The position numbers were made by a program, and so were the translations under genes. A DNA stretch of 64,000 bases from Takakia lepidozioides (Eukaryota > Plantae > Bryophyta), in NCBI GenBank assembly GCA_030704615.1, contig CM060734.1, positions 44,206,001-44,270,000 of the forward strand, given 5' to 3'. Below the pieces are notes generated by a model that did no database searches, was not told the DNA's origin, and was given only the letters and a program-made list of their open reading frames with translations. Positions within the stretch are counted from its first letter, which is position 1. The number at the start of each line of letters is the position of its first letter. Shown piece after piece: positions 14,421 through 25,449 of the stretch.

Positions 14421-14987
14421 TCACCAAGAAGCTGGAACCTCGATTGGCCTCTCAACAAGCTCATGACTGACAGGGTGTCGGTAGGTGAAGACAATGGATG
14501 CAGCCCGTTCTCCTTTGGTGTAGTGGACAACGGTGTCATGTCCTCCGATATATGCACCATCGTAAATCGAGATCTTTGCTGTGGAGACTCTATGTCCATA
14601 GGACTCATCCGCGTAGCTTATGAGAATGTCCCCATACACTGTTTGCGATGGAATCCTCTCTGGCATGTACGTACACCCGATGCAATCCTCGTAGGCCCAC
14701 TGGCAGCACCTCCAATGATGTAGGAAGGTCGTGCGGCTTTTGGGGATGTTCCATGTAGGCGGATACTGCAGATCAACGATTCGCAGGCACCAAAACCGCG
14801 CAAGCCCGTCCCCGCGAGGCTGATCGTGGAACCCAGGAAGGTACTCAAGAGCGGACAGGTGCACCCTCCTCTGCTGAGAGTGGTCTATCCAATCCTGCAG
14901 GTATATGAAAATATCCCCTGACTTGGGCGAGAAGTCCCACGGGGTGAGATGCTTGTTTGGGCAATTGCTGGGATCCCGGCACGCCAT
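14421..14987 (-). CDS. Hypothetical 188-aa protein (accessory ORF inside the MULE-like element)
   Basis: ATG-started uninterrupted ORF with globular-looking composition, co-oriented with and upstream of the transposase. No family recognised. Confidence 0.4.
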   Translation of the reverse strand: MACRDPSNCPNKHLTPWDFSPKSGDIFIYLQDWIDHSQQRRVHLSALEYLPGFHDQPRGDGLARFWCLRIVDLQYPPTWNIPKSRTTFLHHWRCCQWAYEDCIGCTYMPERIPSQTVYGDILISYADESYGHRVSTAKISIYDGAYIGGHDTVVHYTKGERAASIVFTYRHPVSHELVERPIEVPASW

Positions 14988-15546
14988 CGCCGACTATTGA
15001 AAGGGATGCCATGAAGCAGAGAGGGTGCGCAGGGCAGGGGGAGTGTGGGGAGGATGAAGTGAGAGGAGCTCGGAGCGAGGAAGTGTTGTTGCTGTCTCGG
15101 TTTGAAACGCGTGGGTCACCAGCGAAGGTCGGGCAAGTGGCAAAGAAAAAGAGCAGCATTTAATATAACCGTACCCAGGAATGAGGCGCAGAATTTACTT
15201 CGACATGAATTCCAATCGGAGGGTGATGGCCCCACGTGCCTGCCACAGAACATCCCCCGGACGGAAAAACGGCGCCAAATTTCCATCCGAGGCCGTTCGG
15301 ACGAAGTCGTCTCGGGGGGAGAGGTTGAGGATGGAAAAACGGCGCCAAGTATCCATCCATAGACGCCCGTATCGACCCTTCATCAACAATTTTCAGTCGT
15401 TGCATCAAGTTTTTCGCGTTTTTTTGTCTAATCAGACACTAAACTTAGAGTTTTTTGCCTGCAGGCCACTTTTTGACACGTTATTCCCACCATTGTCATC
15501 CGCTAGAGACAAATTCGGTGCCGGTTTTCCATCCATGAGGTGGATG

Positions 15547-18500
15547 TAACTAAGAGCCACTTCACCTTGCGGCTACTGCCCCCTTTCGGGGGTAGGCCCT
15601 ATAACAAAAAAGTGTCCAGGGGGACACTTGGTGACCGCTAAGAATAGAGGGGGCGAGGGTACCCCTAGGTACCCAGTGGTATCCTGGGGGACCTAAGGTG
15701 CGTTTGAAGTGCCGGATTCCAGCTGGCGTTTGTTGGTGATAATAGCTGTGAGTGAACAGAGTGCCGTGAGATGGATTTCTTTGAAACATTTGTGGATGGG
15801 AAGAATGGGAAATTGGAAGTTATCGTGTATGTCCGTGATACTAACGTTATGAATGCCACCTCGAGTGTCAGCTGGGATGACAGTTAACGGGCCGGTTTTC
15901 CAGCCATGCCTGCGGAGTGCAAGGATAAGTGGGGCATATTTTTGACGTTTTTCTAAGATTGAATCGTTTGGATAACGATCATGGCAAAATGTGAATTCAA
16001 TGAAATTGATGGTGAGTTGTGGGGATGATGAGGTGGGGGGTAAAGTGTTGATAGGTAGACCTTGGACGAGGAGTATGTCCGGGCAAAGTTGAGCCGGGCA
16101 CGAGCATGGTGATCGGGTACATATGCATGGTAGTAGCCATGGTGGTACTGTGTGGTCGGGTGGCCGTCCCTGGTAGGTGCCTGCATTCATGAGCGAGAAC
16201 CAACGGGTTTCAGCACATTTTAGAAAGAGCTTATGGAGGTGCCAGACTGCCTGGTTATGACGCGTGATATGCAAGCCATGTATAACTGGGTGTGTACATT
16301 GGCTGAGGAGATGTGGCCAAGTGTCACGAGCTTGGTGGGTGGTTGCACATAACGGGCAGTATGGGGAGGAGAACAGATGTGGCCAGAAGATGTGTTTGCA
16401 CTGGTGGCCCATGTATTGGGCATATCGGAATTTGAGTGTTTGTCGGATTTGTGCGTCGGTGGTGGCTTTGGTAAGCCAGAAATGATTGGAGAGTTTATGG
16501 TGCAGAACATTGGATTGAGTCCATTTTTGGATGTGTACTTTGGTATGGCTGATGGAGGTTGTCGCTTGTTTATTTGCTTATCTGGTCAGAGTGGTCAGGA
16601 GGTTTTGGACTGGTCTGGATACAGGGGGGTCTGGAACAGGGTGTATGAACCAGAAGGGATGGGTGTGAGCGATGTGAATAGGGTCGATCGAGGATTCAAC
16701 TATGGGTTGGGAGGCGCCGAGTTGGGCGAGTAGGTCTGCTTTTTCATTACCATGGATGCCAGTATGCGAACGGACTTTGAGTATATGGACTGGGTGGCCT
16801 AGGGAGATGGCCCTCTGGACAATAGCGGCAATGAGGTTGTGGTCGGGGTGATGATGATGGGCAGAGGGGTGGGAGATGTGGTTGCGAATGAGGAATAGTG
16901 AGGTAAGGCTGTCGGTGAAGATGTAGTGTGGGGGGGGGGGGAAGGTGTCAAGTAGAGAGAGGGCATCATAAATGGCCATGAGCTCAGCCCAGAGGATGGT
17001 GGCAGGGCCAGGGAGCCTGAGGGCAACGCCTTGATTGGTGCCGGCGTGGTAGATTCCATACCCTGCATTAGGTTTGGTGAGGGATCCGTCAGTGTAATGT
17101 GAATTGGTCAGTGGGTATTTGGGGATGGTGTTTTGTTGATATATTGCACGGATTGGGGGTAGAGGTGTTGTTGTCGCGACCTGGGAAGGGCGTGGTGTCG
17201 CAGTGTTCCAAGCTTTGTTGGTTTTGATCCGGGACAATGTGGTGGGTGTATGGGTGTGGGAGATGATGGTTGGATAATGGATGGTGGCCTTTATTTTATG
17301 AGTGATGGTGAGCAATTGTTCGAGCTGAGAAAAGAAAGATGGCAGTATGGCTGTATGCCGAGGGTTTTGGATGTGTAGAATCAGGGTTAGGGTGGGTTCC
17401 TTCCGTTTGAGAATTTGGGAAGAGGAGGGGTGTGAATATACTTAAGCTGGTTTGGGTCAATTGTGGCGAGTAGATTGACCCCTTCTGGGAGTTGTAAAAG
17501 AGGGTGAGAGATATTAGGAGTGTTTTGTTGTGTGAGGATGAGGATTGTGGATGCAGTAGGAGAGGAGTGCGCAGCAAGTTTTGCCCATTGAAGAGCTTCG
17601 TGAGAAGGAGAACTAGGTGGAGGGTGGGCAAGGCCCCGGCCTTCCTAGGTGTGCTGGGTGGCAGTACCAGTGGCTCCAAAGATACAGTCTCTGTGGTGCA
17701 GGCTAGAGAATGTGGGCAATGCCATAGGGCATGTCAGCGGGTTGGAGTAATATGAGTGAGAAAGCTGGAATGTGTTGATAAGTAAGGAGAGAATATCTTG
17801 GGGTATAGTATGGTGTGCACATGCTGTTTCCAATTTAGTGAGGGACCGCGGTTTCTTGGGGGGAGTGTCTTTGAGGTAGCGATCAACCAGCCAACATAAT
17901 TCGGTAGCAAAGTCTTGTTTCGGGGGTTGTAGCGATTGTGGGGATGAGGTAGTAGTAGAGTATTTCTTTCAGAGCCACGTTAGTCTTGTATTGGGGATGA
18001 GGCCAATGAAGCGGCCATGTTGAGCGTAAATGTTGGAAAGGCGGGGGCCCATGTGGATTAGAGGTTGATCATGCTTGATATCTTTGTCAGGATTACATTC
18101 AATTATGCAGATGTGCACATTGGGGGCATAGAGTGATTGGTATATATATCTGTTATCTGTAGGTTGGGCGGGAGTGGTGTGTTGTTGGTGCATGTGTGTT
18201 AGATAGTTGGTGTTGGTTTGTTTATGGAAGGTGGTGAGGAGGGCAAGATTGTGTTCGGGGTCGCAATCGTCATGTAGGCCGAAGAGGTCATCTTCTATCT
18301 GCCATGTGTTGTCTGTGGAAGAGTACCCAGCCCATTGACAGTGATAGTATGTATCAATGCAGGTGGCTCCAAAGGCATCAATGGACGTTTGGGTTTTAAC
18401 TCCTAGTATAGCTTCAATGATGTAAGCATTGTTATTGTCGTCGTATTGTGGTGAAGATGGGGGGGATGGTGCGGTGGTTAGGGGGGTGTGGGATCCTTGC

Positions 18501-19050
18501 CTAGTAGGTGAGGGATTGGATGGCGTATGCAAGTGGCAGATAGGTTCAGGGTGTTGTGTGTTAGTTACTTGAGAGGGAAAATCAGATTCTATGTCTGTTT
18601 GGGTATTGGTGGCATATGTCGTTTTGAGTGTTTGGTAGATGGAGGTAGTTGGGGTAGAACGGTATTGGGGGAGCATGTCTTGAGCCGTATGCGGATAGTA
18701 GAGGCATGGGAGGTCACATTGTAGAGTGCAGGCGGTCAAGGGATGGCAGAAGAGGGTACAAAGATGATGTAGGTAGCGATTGGTTTTGGTCGTGGCTCAA
18801 GAGAATTTAAGAGTGAATTCGCTAGGTTTTAAAAGTCTATGGCCAATAGCGGTAGTAAGTTGGGTGGGGGTGGTGATGTGTCGTTCTTTGAAATATGTGA
18901 GGATGGGGACCTTTTGTTTGGGATAAGAAATGTCAAATTGTGGTAGAGAAGGGCTTGTAAGCCATGCGCGTTCTAAGGGTGATGAGGTGTTAGGATAGTC
19001 AGGCAGATCAGTTTGTATGCTAATTTTCATTTGGCGCAGGATAAGTAGTG
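15547..19050 (-). mobile_element. 5'-truncated non-LTR retrotransposon, Dualen/RandI-like: chromodomain, PCIF1-like domain, RNase H, CCHC knuckle, restriction-like endonuclease; RT absent
   Basis: Chromodomain-like YIIEAILGVK..YHCQWAGYSSTDNTWQIEDDL (about 18285-18425). RNase H YTDGS..AELMAI..FTDS..KVRSHTGIHGNEKAD (16578-17315). CPLC..HLLSQC, RHN, PDILLV..FIEFT..KRQKY (15693-16412). The 3' end GTAGCCGCAAGGTGAAGTGGCTCTTAGTTAC is shared with three other copies in the window. Confidence 0.85.
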
Positions 19051-19837
19051 TGCGTGCAGTTGAAGCCGAGCACTCTCAGGGAAGCCCCTGCTTCTTTCGC
19101 TTTGTGTAACATGTGCGGTCTTCTTCGCTTTGTTTTGTTTGTTTTGGCATCCTTCTGCTGCTTCTGCATGTGATTGTTAGTCATTGCTTGGGTTTGTTTT
19201 CATTGTTGTTCCACGATTGTTATGATGGTGGTTTTCATTGCGATGGTGGTTCTCACGATTGTTGGGGATGACAGAGTGAAGACGAGTGCAACACGGTGGT
19301 GGTATCATTGACAGCTCCAACTGCTCAAGCAGTCACTCCAAAAGCCGCTAGTCATCAAGCGCAGTCAGAGAGTCGTCGGCAGCAGACGTCTAAGCTGGTG
19401 CTTCACATGTTTGGATCGCCCAAGTTGGGGCGGGAGGGCAAACAAAATCTTGCTCCTTTTGTTGGTGGACGGGAGAAAGGTGAATGCCTGTGGGATTACA
19501 GAGAATAGGAGATGCAATTGAGCATAGGAACTAGTGTGATAAGCTGAGTTGGGTGTTTCCTAGAACAAATCTAGGCTGTCATTGTTAGCTGCTAGCAGCA
19601 AGGCAAGGATGAATGCACTATTTGTGGAGAGGCAGGATAGCTGAGGGTGCAGGGATAGAGTGCGAGTCCAGATTCATCCAAGATGGCCACATTTCAAGCT
19701 CAATATCACCTATGATTCCCTGTGGATCAATAGCCACAAGAAACCTACATGGGTAGATGGTCAACAAAAGGCAGCAGCTGCAGTGGCATAGTTGGTAAAT
19801 CAGGCACCTCAACCATGACCACAGCTTCTGAAAGAGG

Positions 19838-21100
19838 ATGAAGAGAGGGAGTCCACAATGCCTCTTCTGGCACTTCTGGGCATGTGAAGATGTTTGTGAG
19901 GCAGGCAGACTGACAGAGGTTCTACAGACTTTAAACCAAGGAGGCATTTCAGCAGATTCAAGTACGTATGTCTGTCTCTTGCTTAAGTGCATCAAGATGA
20001 TTCAAGGTCTGGAAGCTCGAAAGTAGGTGCACACTCACATTATCTACAGTGGATTCACACCAAATGTTTTCCTACTCAACAGCCCTGTCAACATGTATGT
20101 TAAGTGTGGAAGCATCATGGATGCTCACCAAGTGTTCAACAGAATGCCTCAACAATCTTTGATCACGTGGAATATAATGTTGGCAGGATTTATCAAGCAG
20201 GTGTGGTAGGAATGCTTTTGGAGACCTATGAGCAAATGTTGCACAAAGGGGTGAAGCCCAACCACATCACATTTGTTTGTGTTTGCAATGTGTGCAAGCA
20301 GGGGAGCTCTGGAAAAGGGGAAAGAGGTCCATGGTGACATCGTCAAAGTTTGAATTGTAGCAGATGTCATTCTGAACCCTGCCCTGGTGGACATGTATGC
20401 AAAATGTGGGTGCATTAAGGATGCGAAGGGAGTTTTCAACAAGTCTATGGTTGAACGAGATGTGGTGTCATGGAACGCGATGCTTGCAAGGTATGCACAG
20501 CAGGAACTTGGTATGGAGGCTTTGGAGACCTATGATCAAATGATGGGGGAAGGGGTGAAGCCCAACCACATCACGTTTGTGTGCATTTGCAATGCATGTG
20601 CAAGCCTGGCAACCCTGGAAAATGGCAAAGAGGTCCATGGTGACATTGTCAGAGCTGAATTGTACCCGATGTCATTCTGAACAATACCCTGGAGGCTGGT
20701 GGACATGTATGCAAAATGTGGGTGCATCGAGGATGCAAAGGGAGTGTTCGACAGTATGGCTGAACAAGATATGGTGTCATGGAATGCCATGCTTGCAGGA
20801 TATGCACAGCAGAGGCACGAGATGGAGGCCTTGGAAACTATGAGCAAATGATGGGGGAAGGGGTGAAGTGTAACCAGATCACGTTTGTGTGTTTGCAATG
20901 CTGGTGGCATCATCAAATCTGGAATTGCACCTGTCATTTTGAACACTACCCTGGTGGACATGTATGCCAAATGTGGGTGCATTGAGGATGCAAAGGGAGT
21001 GTTCGACAGTATGGCTGAACGACATGTCGTGTTGTGGAGTGTGATGATTGCAGGATATGCACAGCAAGGGCGCGGGATGGAGGCTTTGGAGACCTAGGGG
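19838..21100 (+). pseudogene. PLS-class pentatricopeptide repeat (PPR) pseudogene fragment
   Basis: Tandem P/L/S motifs ([56 protein letters not shown]) broken by stops and frameshifts. No E/DYW domain seen. Confidence 0.9.
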
Positions 21101-21499
21101 CAAATGATGAGAAGTTGTGGAATGATTACTTTTGCTGATCCCAGTCAAAGGTGGGACTATGTGATGCAATGTAGTTGAAAATATGCCACAATGGTGATTT
21201 GTAAATAGAGCTCTTCAATTGTAGGAGTACTAGTGGACTGCTGCCCCGGTGTGGGCTTGGGTTTTGGGACTTGTAGCCTTTGAGGCTTGGTTATTTATCC
21301 ATGTGGGCTTTCAGGCTTCTTGAATGCTCATTGTAGAGCTTTTGCGGCATTCATTGGAACATTTTTCCCATTGGTTTTTTGTTGTATGATCGACATTCAA
21401 CAATCTGTGTATTTGTGTGAAATTATTTCATTCAATTAAATATATTGCTCTGTATATTGAAACATATCTGAATATCAAAACGATAAATAAAATTTACGT

Positions 21500-22021
21500 G
21501 AAATTAATAAATAAAATAGCATTAATGGTTTTATAAACTAATCTAATAAGGACACGTGTTAGATGACCTACCAGAACCAATACAAACCTATAGTGATGGA
21601 GTCATATTTGTAGTCATGAAATATACCACATGTTACCCTCAATGATGTAGTGAGTAGTGATATAGTCATAAGTGTAGTCATAAGGTACAGTCGTGTAGTC
21701 ATATACATCCGGGGGGTCATGCGTGTTATGGAGAGACCTCTCCATGTTGGCGCTCATCTGTAGTGACATAGTCGTAAGTGTAGTCATGACAAGTAGCCTT
21801 GTAGTCGTATAGTTATGACTACAACACTACACTCCACGTCACTCTGAGTCGTTGGCAGGTGCCACGTCTGCAGTGACGACCATCACTTTGCACTTATCAC
21901 TCCGCAGTGATGGTAGAACTGACTTCATGTTTGTCACTGCAGAGTGATGTAGTCATAATCGCACTTATCACTGCAAATGTAGTGATATTTTCAGTCATAA
22001 AAACGCTAATCTGTACTAGTG
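21500..22021. mobile_element. CACTA/EnSpm terminus with GTAGTCAT subterminal repeats
   Basis: Dense GTAGTCAT(A) repeats ending in AGTCATAAAAACGCTAATCTGTACTAGTG (reverse complement CACTAGTACAG) at 22021. A near-identical end is at 31282. Confidence 0.75.
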
Positions 22022-22049
22022 ACCTCTAAAATAGTGGTATTGCACATGC

Positions 22050-22430
22050 ATTCAAGACGAAGAAATCTGAACCTGGACTTTGTCCACATATCTCCTCATA
22101 ATCACAGGCGAATTGGGCCTAACAACATGGCTTCCGGAACTAGACAATAGATAAATTGCTTTATTGTGCTATCGTTATACCATAGCAGTGAAGTCATTGT
22201 CATTATGCATCTTGTAACTGAAGTCACTTTGCTTGTTGGTCTGTGATGCCTTCACCAAAGCTAGGTCTTTGTAAGGAAGACCATTGTGTTTGGCACGGAC
22301 AGTGCCTGTGTCCCAAGTACCGAGACCCACCAAGTTGTGTAGCAATCGGACAGAAGCAAAGAAGTTGTTTGTGACCACCGCATGTCTCCCTTCTCGGAGA
22401 CACATGACCACATCATAGCCTTCACTGCCG
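22050..22430 (-). mobile_element. piggyBac-like transposase fragment
   Basis: GYDVVMCL..GRHAVVTNNFFASVRLLHNL..GTWDTGTVRAKHNGLP resembles the piggyBac V.TDN.F.S..L..GTVR.NR.GLP block. The catalytic D reads as N. Confidence 0.7.
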
Positions 22431-23188
22431 GGACCACTCACTACAACCACTAGGCTAGAAGGAAAACATAGAATAACCACTTTGTTGACCACTCAGATTG
22501 AATGGTAAAAGATATGTAACCACTCCGACCTTAGAGTGATGAAGAACTAGTGAATTTGGACAAGTTAGTGGTAAAAACATAACATGTAACACCAGTGGTT
22601 AAGGTCAGTGGTTACGGTCACTTATCTCCGAGTCCATGTGTATGCTAACATGTCACAATGGTAATCTTACTTGGACAATATCCTAACACTTGGACAATAT
22701 CCGAACACGTGTCCATATTCTAATGGACAAGTGACATATTTTTGGTACGATCTAACAAGGTAGACTTGAGCAAGGAGCATCCAATGATCAATCCAAGAGA
22801 TTGCCTGACTTTGAGAGGTCAAATGATGCTCCTAAAAAACTTAAAGCACAGAAATGGCTAATCCAGGCGGGGGCTGCTATTTCATGAGCGGCATGAGCAT
22901 GAGCGGAAAAAAAAAACATGAGCGGACCATTGTGTGTCCACGGAAATAGGGTTAGGAGGCACGGAAATAGGGTCATGTGAAGTTGGAATGTGGCACCAGT
23001 GGACTCGTCATAGCAATGAAATGCAACATTTTATTGCAAATTTTGTGGCAAGCCACATCTATACAAGTGTGTCCTAACTGTCATAGCCGGAATGGGCACT
23101 ACTCTCCTACACCCTCCGAGGAACTTGCCCCACCTTCCTCCTCATCCCCCTCATCCCCCCCATCCTCCGAGCTCTGAGATGCATCAGT

Positions 23189-24874
23189 TCAACTATGCCT
23201 CTCAAAAATTCCGTCCTCTCCTTGGGGGACTGTCCACCTCACCTCCTGAGAATCATCTGCCTCTTCTCCCCCACTTTTCTCAGCAGAATCCAAGACAAAT
23301 CTACGAGCCTGACGGGCTCTAATAGCTGTTGCCTCCTCCCTCATCTTCATTTTCTTGAGGCTTGTCTCGTCTAAAATCTGCTGTACACGACTAGGTTCAG
23401 AAGACCTCCTAATGGACACCGAAGCAAGCCGGGCCGCATAAGTAGGAAGGATGTAGTCTCTTTCTGGACTCGGCATGAAATCCCCCCTGGCAAAAAAAGG
23501 CACGTTCCTCCTGCCCATGAACTGCGGTGTAGACGTCCCTCCTGCAGTACTTGGCATCCTACAGTAAGAACAAATCCACTTTAAGAATGTCAATACCAGC
23601 AGAAGCAAAAATGGGTCTTTCAATGAAATAAGAGAGCGAAGGGAGGTGCCTCACGAAATCAGGAGGCAACTTACAATGTGACCACTCACTCGTAAACCGG
23701 GGGCTCCTCAGCCTCGATCCCAACTTGTACCTCCCCTTGCTCCTTGTCGGATTCTTCCTCATCCTCCGAGGATGCCTCTTCCTCTTTTGGCAGACGTTCA
23801 GCCGCTGCAAGTTCGGAGTTGTGGAGGGCAGTATCTGGCTCGAAGGCGAAGACATGCCTGTCGGACAACGTCCCTGCCCACACCTGAGGGACAAAGCGGG
23901 CGGTTAGTAGCATGCGGCATGCAATTGCAATCGGGCCAGGGGACAAACTGTGCACGTGAAGGCTTACCTGTGCCGCATGTGAGGTCAAGAATCCACCCTT
24001 GGACATCCGAGCACGTCTCCATGAGGGTTTGGATGAAAGCAGGGCTCCGGGTCCGGCTGTACCGCCACGGTTTGCCTATCTTTGTGTCCTTCGGCATACT
24101 GGAGTGGGGCACATAGTTGTAGAGGACATCGTAGGTAACAGGGTCCACAGCGGCATCAACAAGACGACCGTCGTTGCGGAATTTGAACGTAGACCCTCTC
24201 TTCACAAAACAATATGCCTCAAACACCAATGTCTGCACATCCAACAAAAGAGGAATCAACTCCAGGGTCTAGTTTAGATACACCACGATATGAAGTGAAT
24301 GCAATAGATTGATAACTTATACTTTGGCCCTCTGTTCGCAACCCCTACGTATTGATGCAGAACCATTTTTTGAGGAGGACCGGGGTGACACTTTTCGGTG
24401 TCCACCTTGCCACAACATTCTCTGTGGTCTTCCCTCTTGTGGCAAGGACCACCATACATCCACCGTCATCCAGGAGCATCCCCACCAGCCCAAACCCGGC
24501 TCTCCAGTATTCCTCAGTAAACTTGTTCCAGGTGGGCACACCATCCAGGCCCCCCAACAGCTCCCCATCTGGAATATCGAGGAGAATCATATCGTAGGCT
24601 CTCTCCACCTCACCCCCCCCCCCCCCCCCCCCCCCCCCCGAGTGCTCTTGCAATCCGTGCTCACAGCCGTGAAGAATTCCATCATGGCTTCCAAACCAGG
24701 GGTGTCTTTAGGCTCTGTAGCGGCAGCCCTCTTCTTGGCTTTCCCCTTCAGCTCCTCTAGAGACTTGTTGTGTGCCACCTTCTTCGCCCTAGCAGCCAGA
24801 GTGTCAAGGAAGCTCTCATTGACGCATTGGATGATGGTTGGGGGTTCTAGCTTTGGCCTCTGCGGAAACATCAC
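23189..24874 (-). pseudogene. Intron-containing beta-class N6-adenine/N4-cytosine DNA methyltransferase-like gene, apparently disabled
   Basis: YDMILLDIPDG (motif IV-like, about 24564-24596), LLDDGGCMVVL, RSPAFIQTLMETCS..WILDLTCGTG (SAM-binding motif I, about 23966-24040) and RHVFAFEPD (motif II, about 23832-23858). GT..CTAAC..CAG intron at about 23885-23967. C27 run, TAG at 24345-24347 and frame offsets. Confidence 0.6.
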
Positions 24875-25449
24875 CGCCGAATACCACCGTGTAGGTCGCC
24901 CTCAAATGCCAACTTCTTGGCAGAGCCAGTCCCAGTCCGAACTGACTTGGGAACCCGGACGACCGGTGACTTCGTGACCATGCACAAAATCATCGTCGGA
25001 GTCACTCCCTTGGGGCCCTCTTGCCCTGGTGGTTTCCGTGTCCTTTTCTTTTGTCTTTTATTCTTCTCATTCAATTTCTTCTGAATACCTGCCTGAGCAA
25101 GCTCTGTCGCTTTCCTGGACTTGGCAAGCGCTTTCGCCTCCTTTGGACCCAGCGGAGGCAGCGGAGCCCGGTTTCATCGGGCCTCCGCATCCAGCTTCTA
25201 TGAGTCGAGCGAGCCGGGCGGAAGGTCCACATACCAAGGGCAGTCGCGCAAATGCTCCAGATGCCACTCCTTCACGATAACGTCAATGTACATAGAGTCA
25301 GCTCCAGGGTTCCTCCATGCGAGGAAGAATGGCGGCTCGAAGGACAGATGACCTTTCTCCAACAGGGAGAACTTGCAGTACCTGCATTCAAGAAACACAC
25401 ATTAAATGAGGTCCCGGGAACGAGGTAAATTTTAGGGAATGAAACTGCA

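Larger units (their letters stand above)
9444..15545 (-). mobile_element. Mutator-like (MULE) DNA transposon, degenerate; boundaries approximate
   Basis: Transposase pseudogene flanked on both sides by GGCGCC-core repeats. The right side abuts the LINE 3' end at about 15546. No TSD found. Confidence 0.65.

Noticed and set aside
19838-21100. Functional PPR gene with stops repaired by RNA editing
   Set aside because: The locus is nuclear and has frameshifts and deletions as well as stops.
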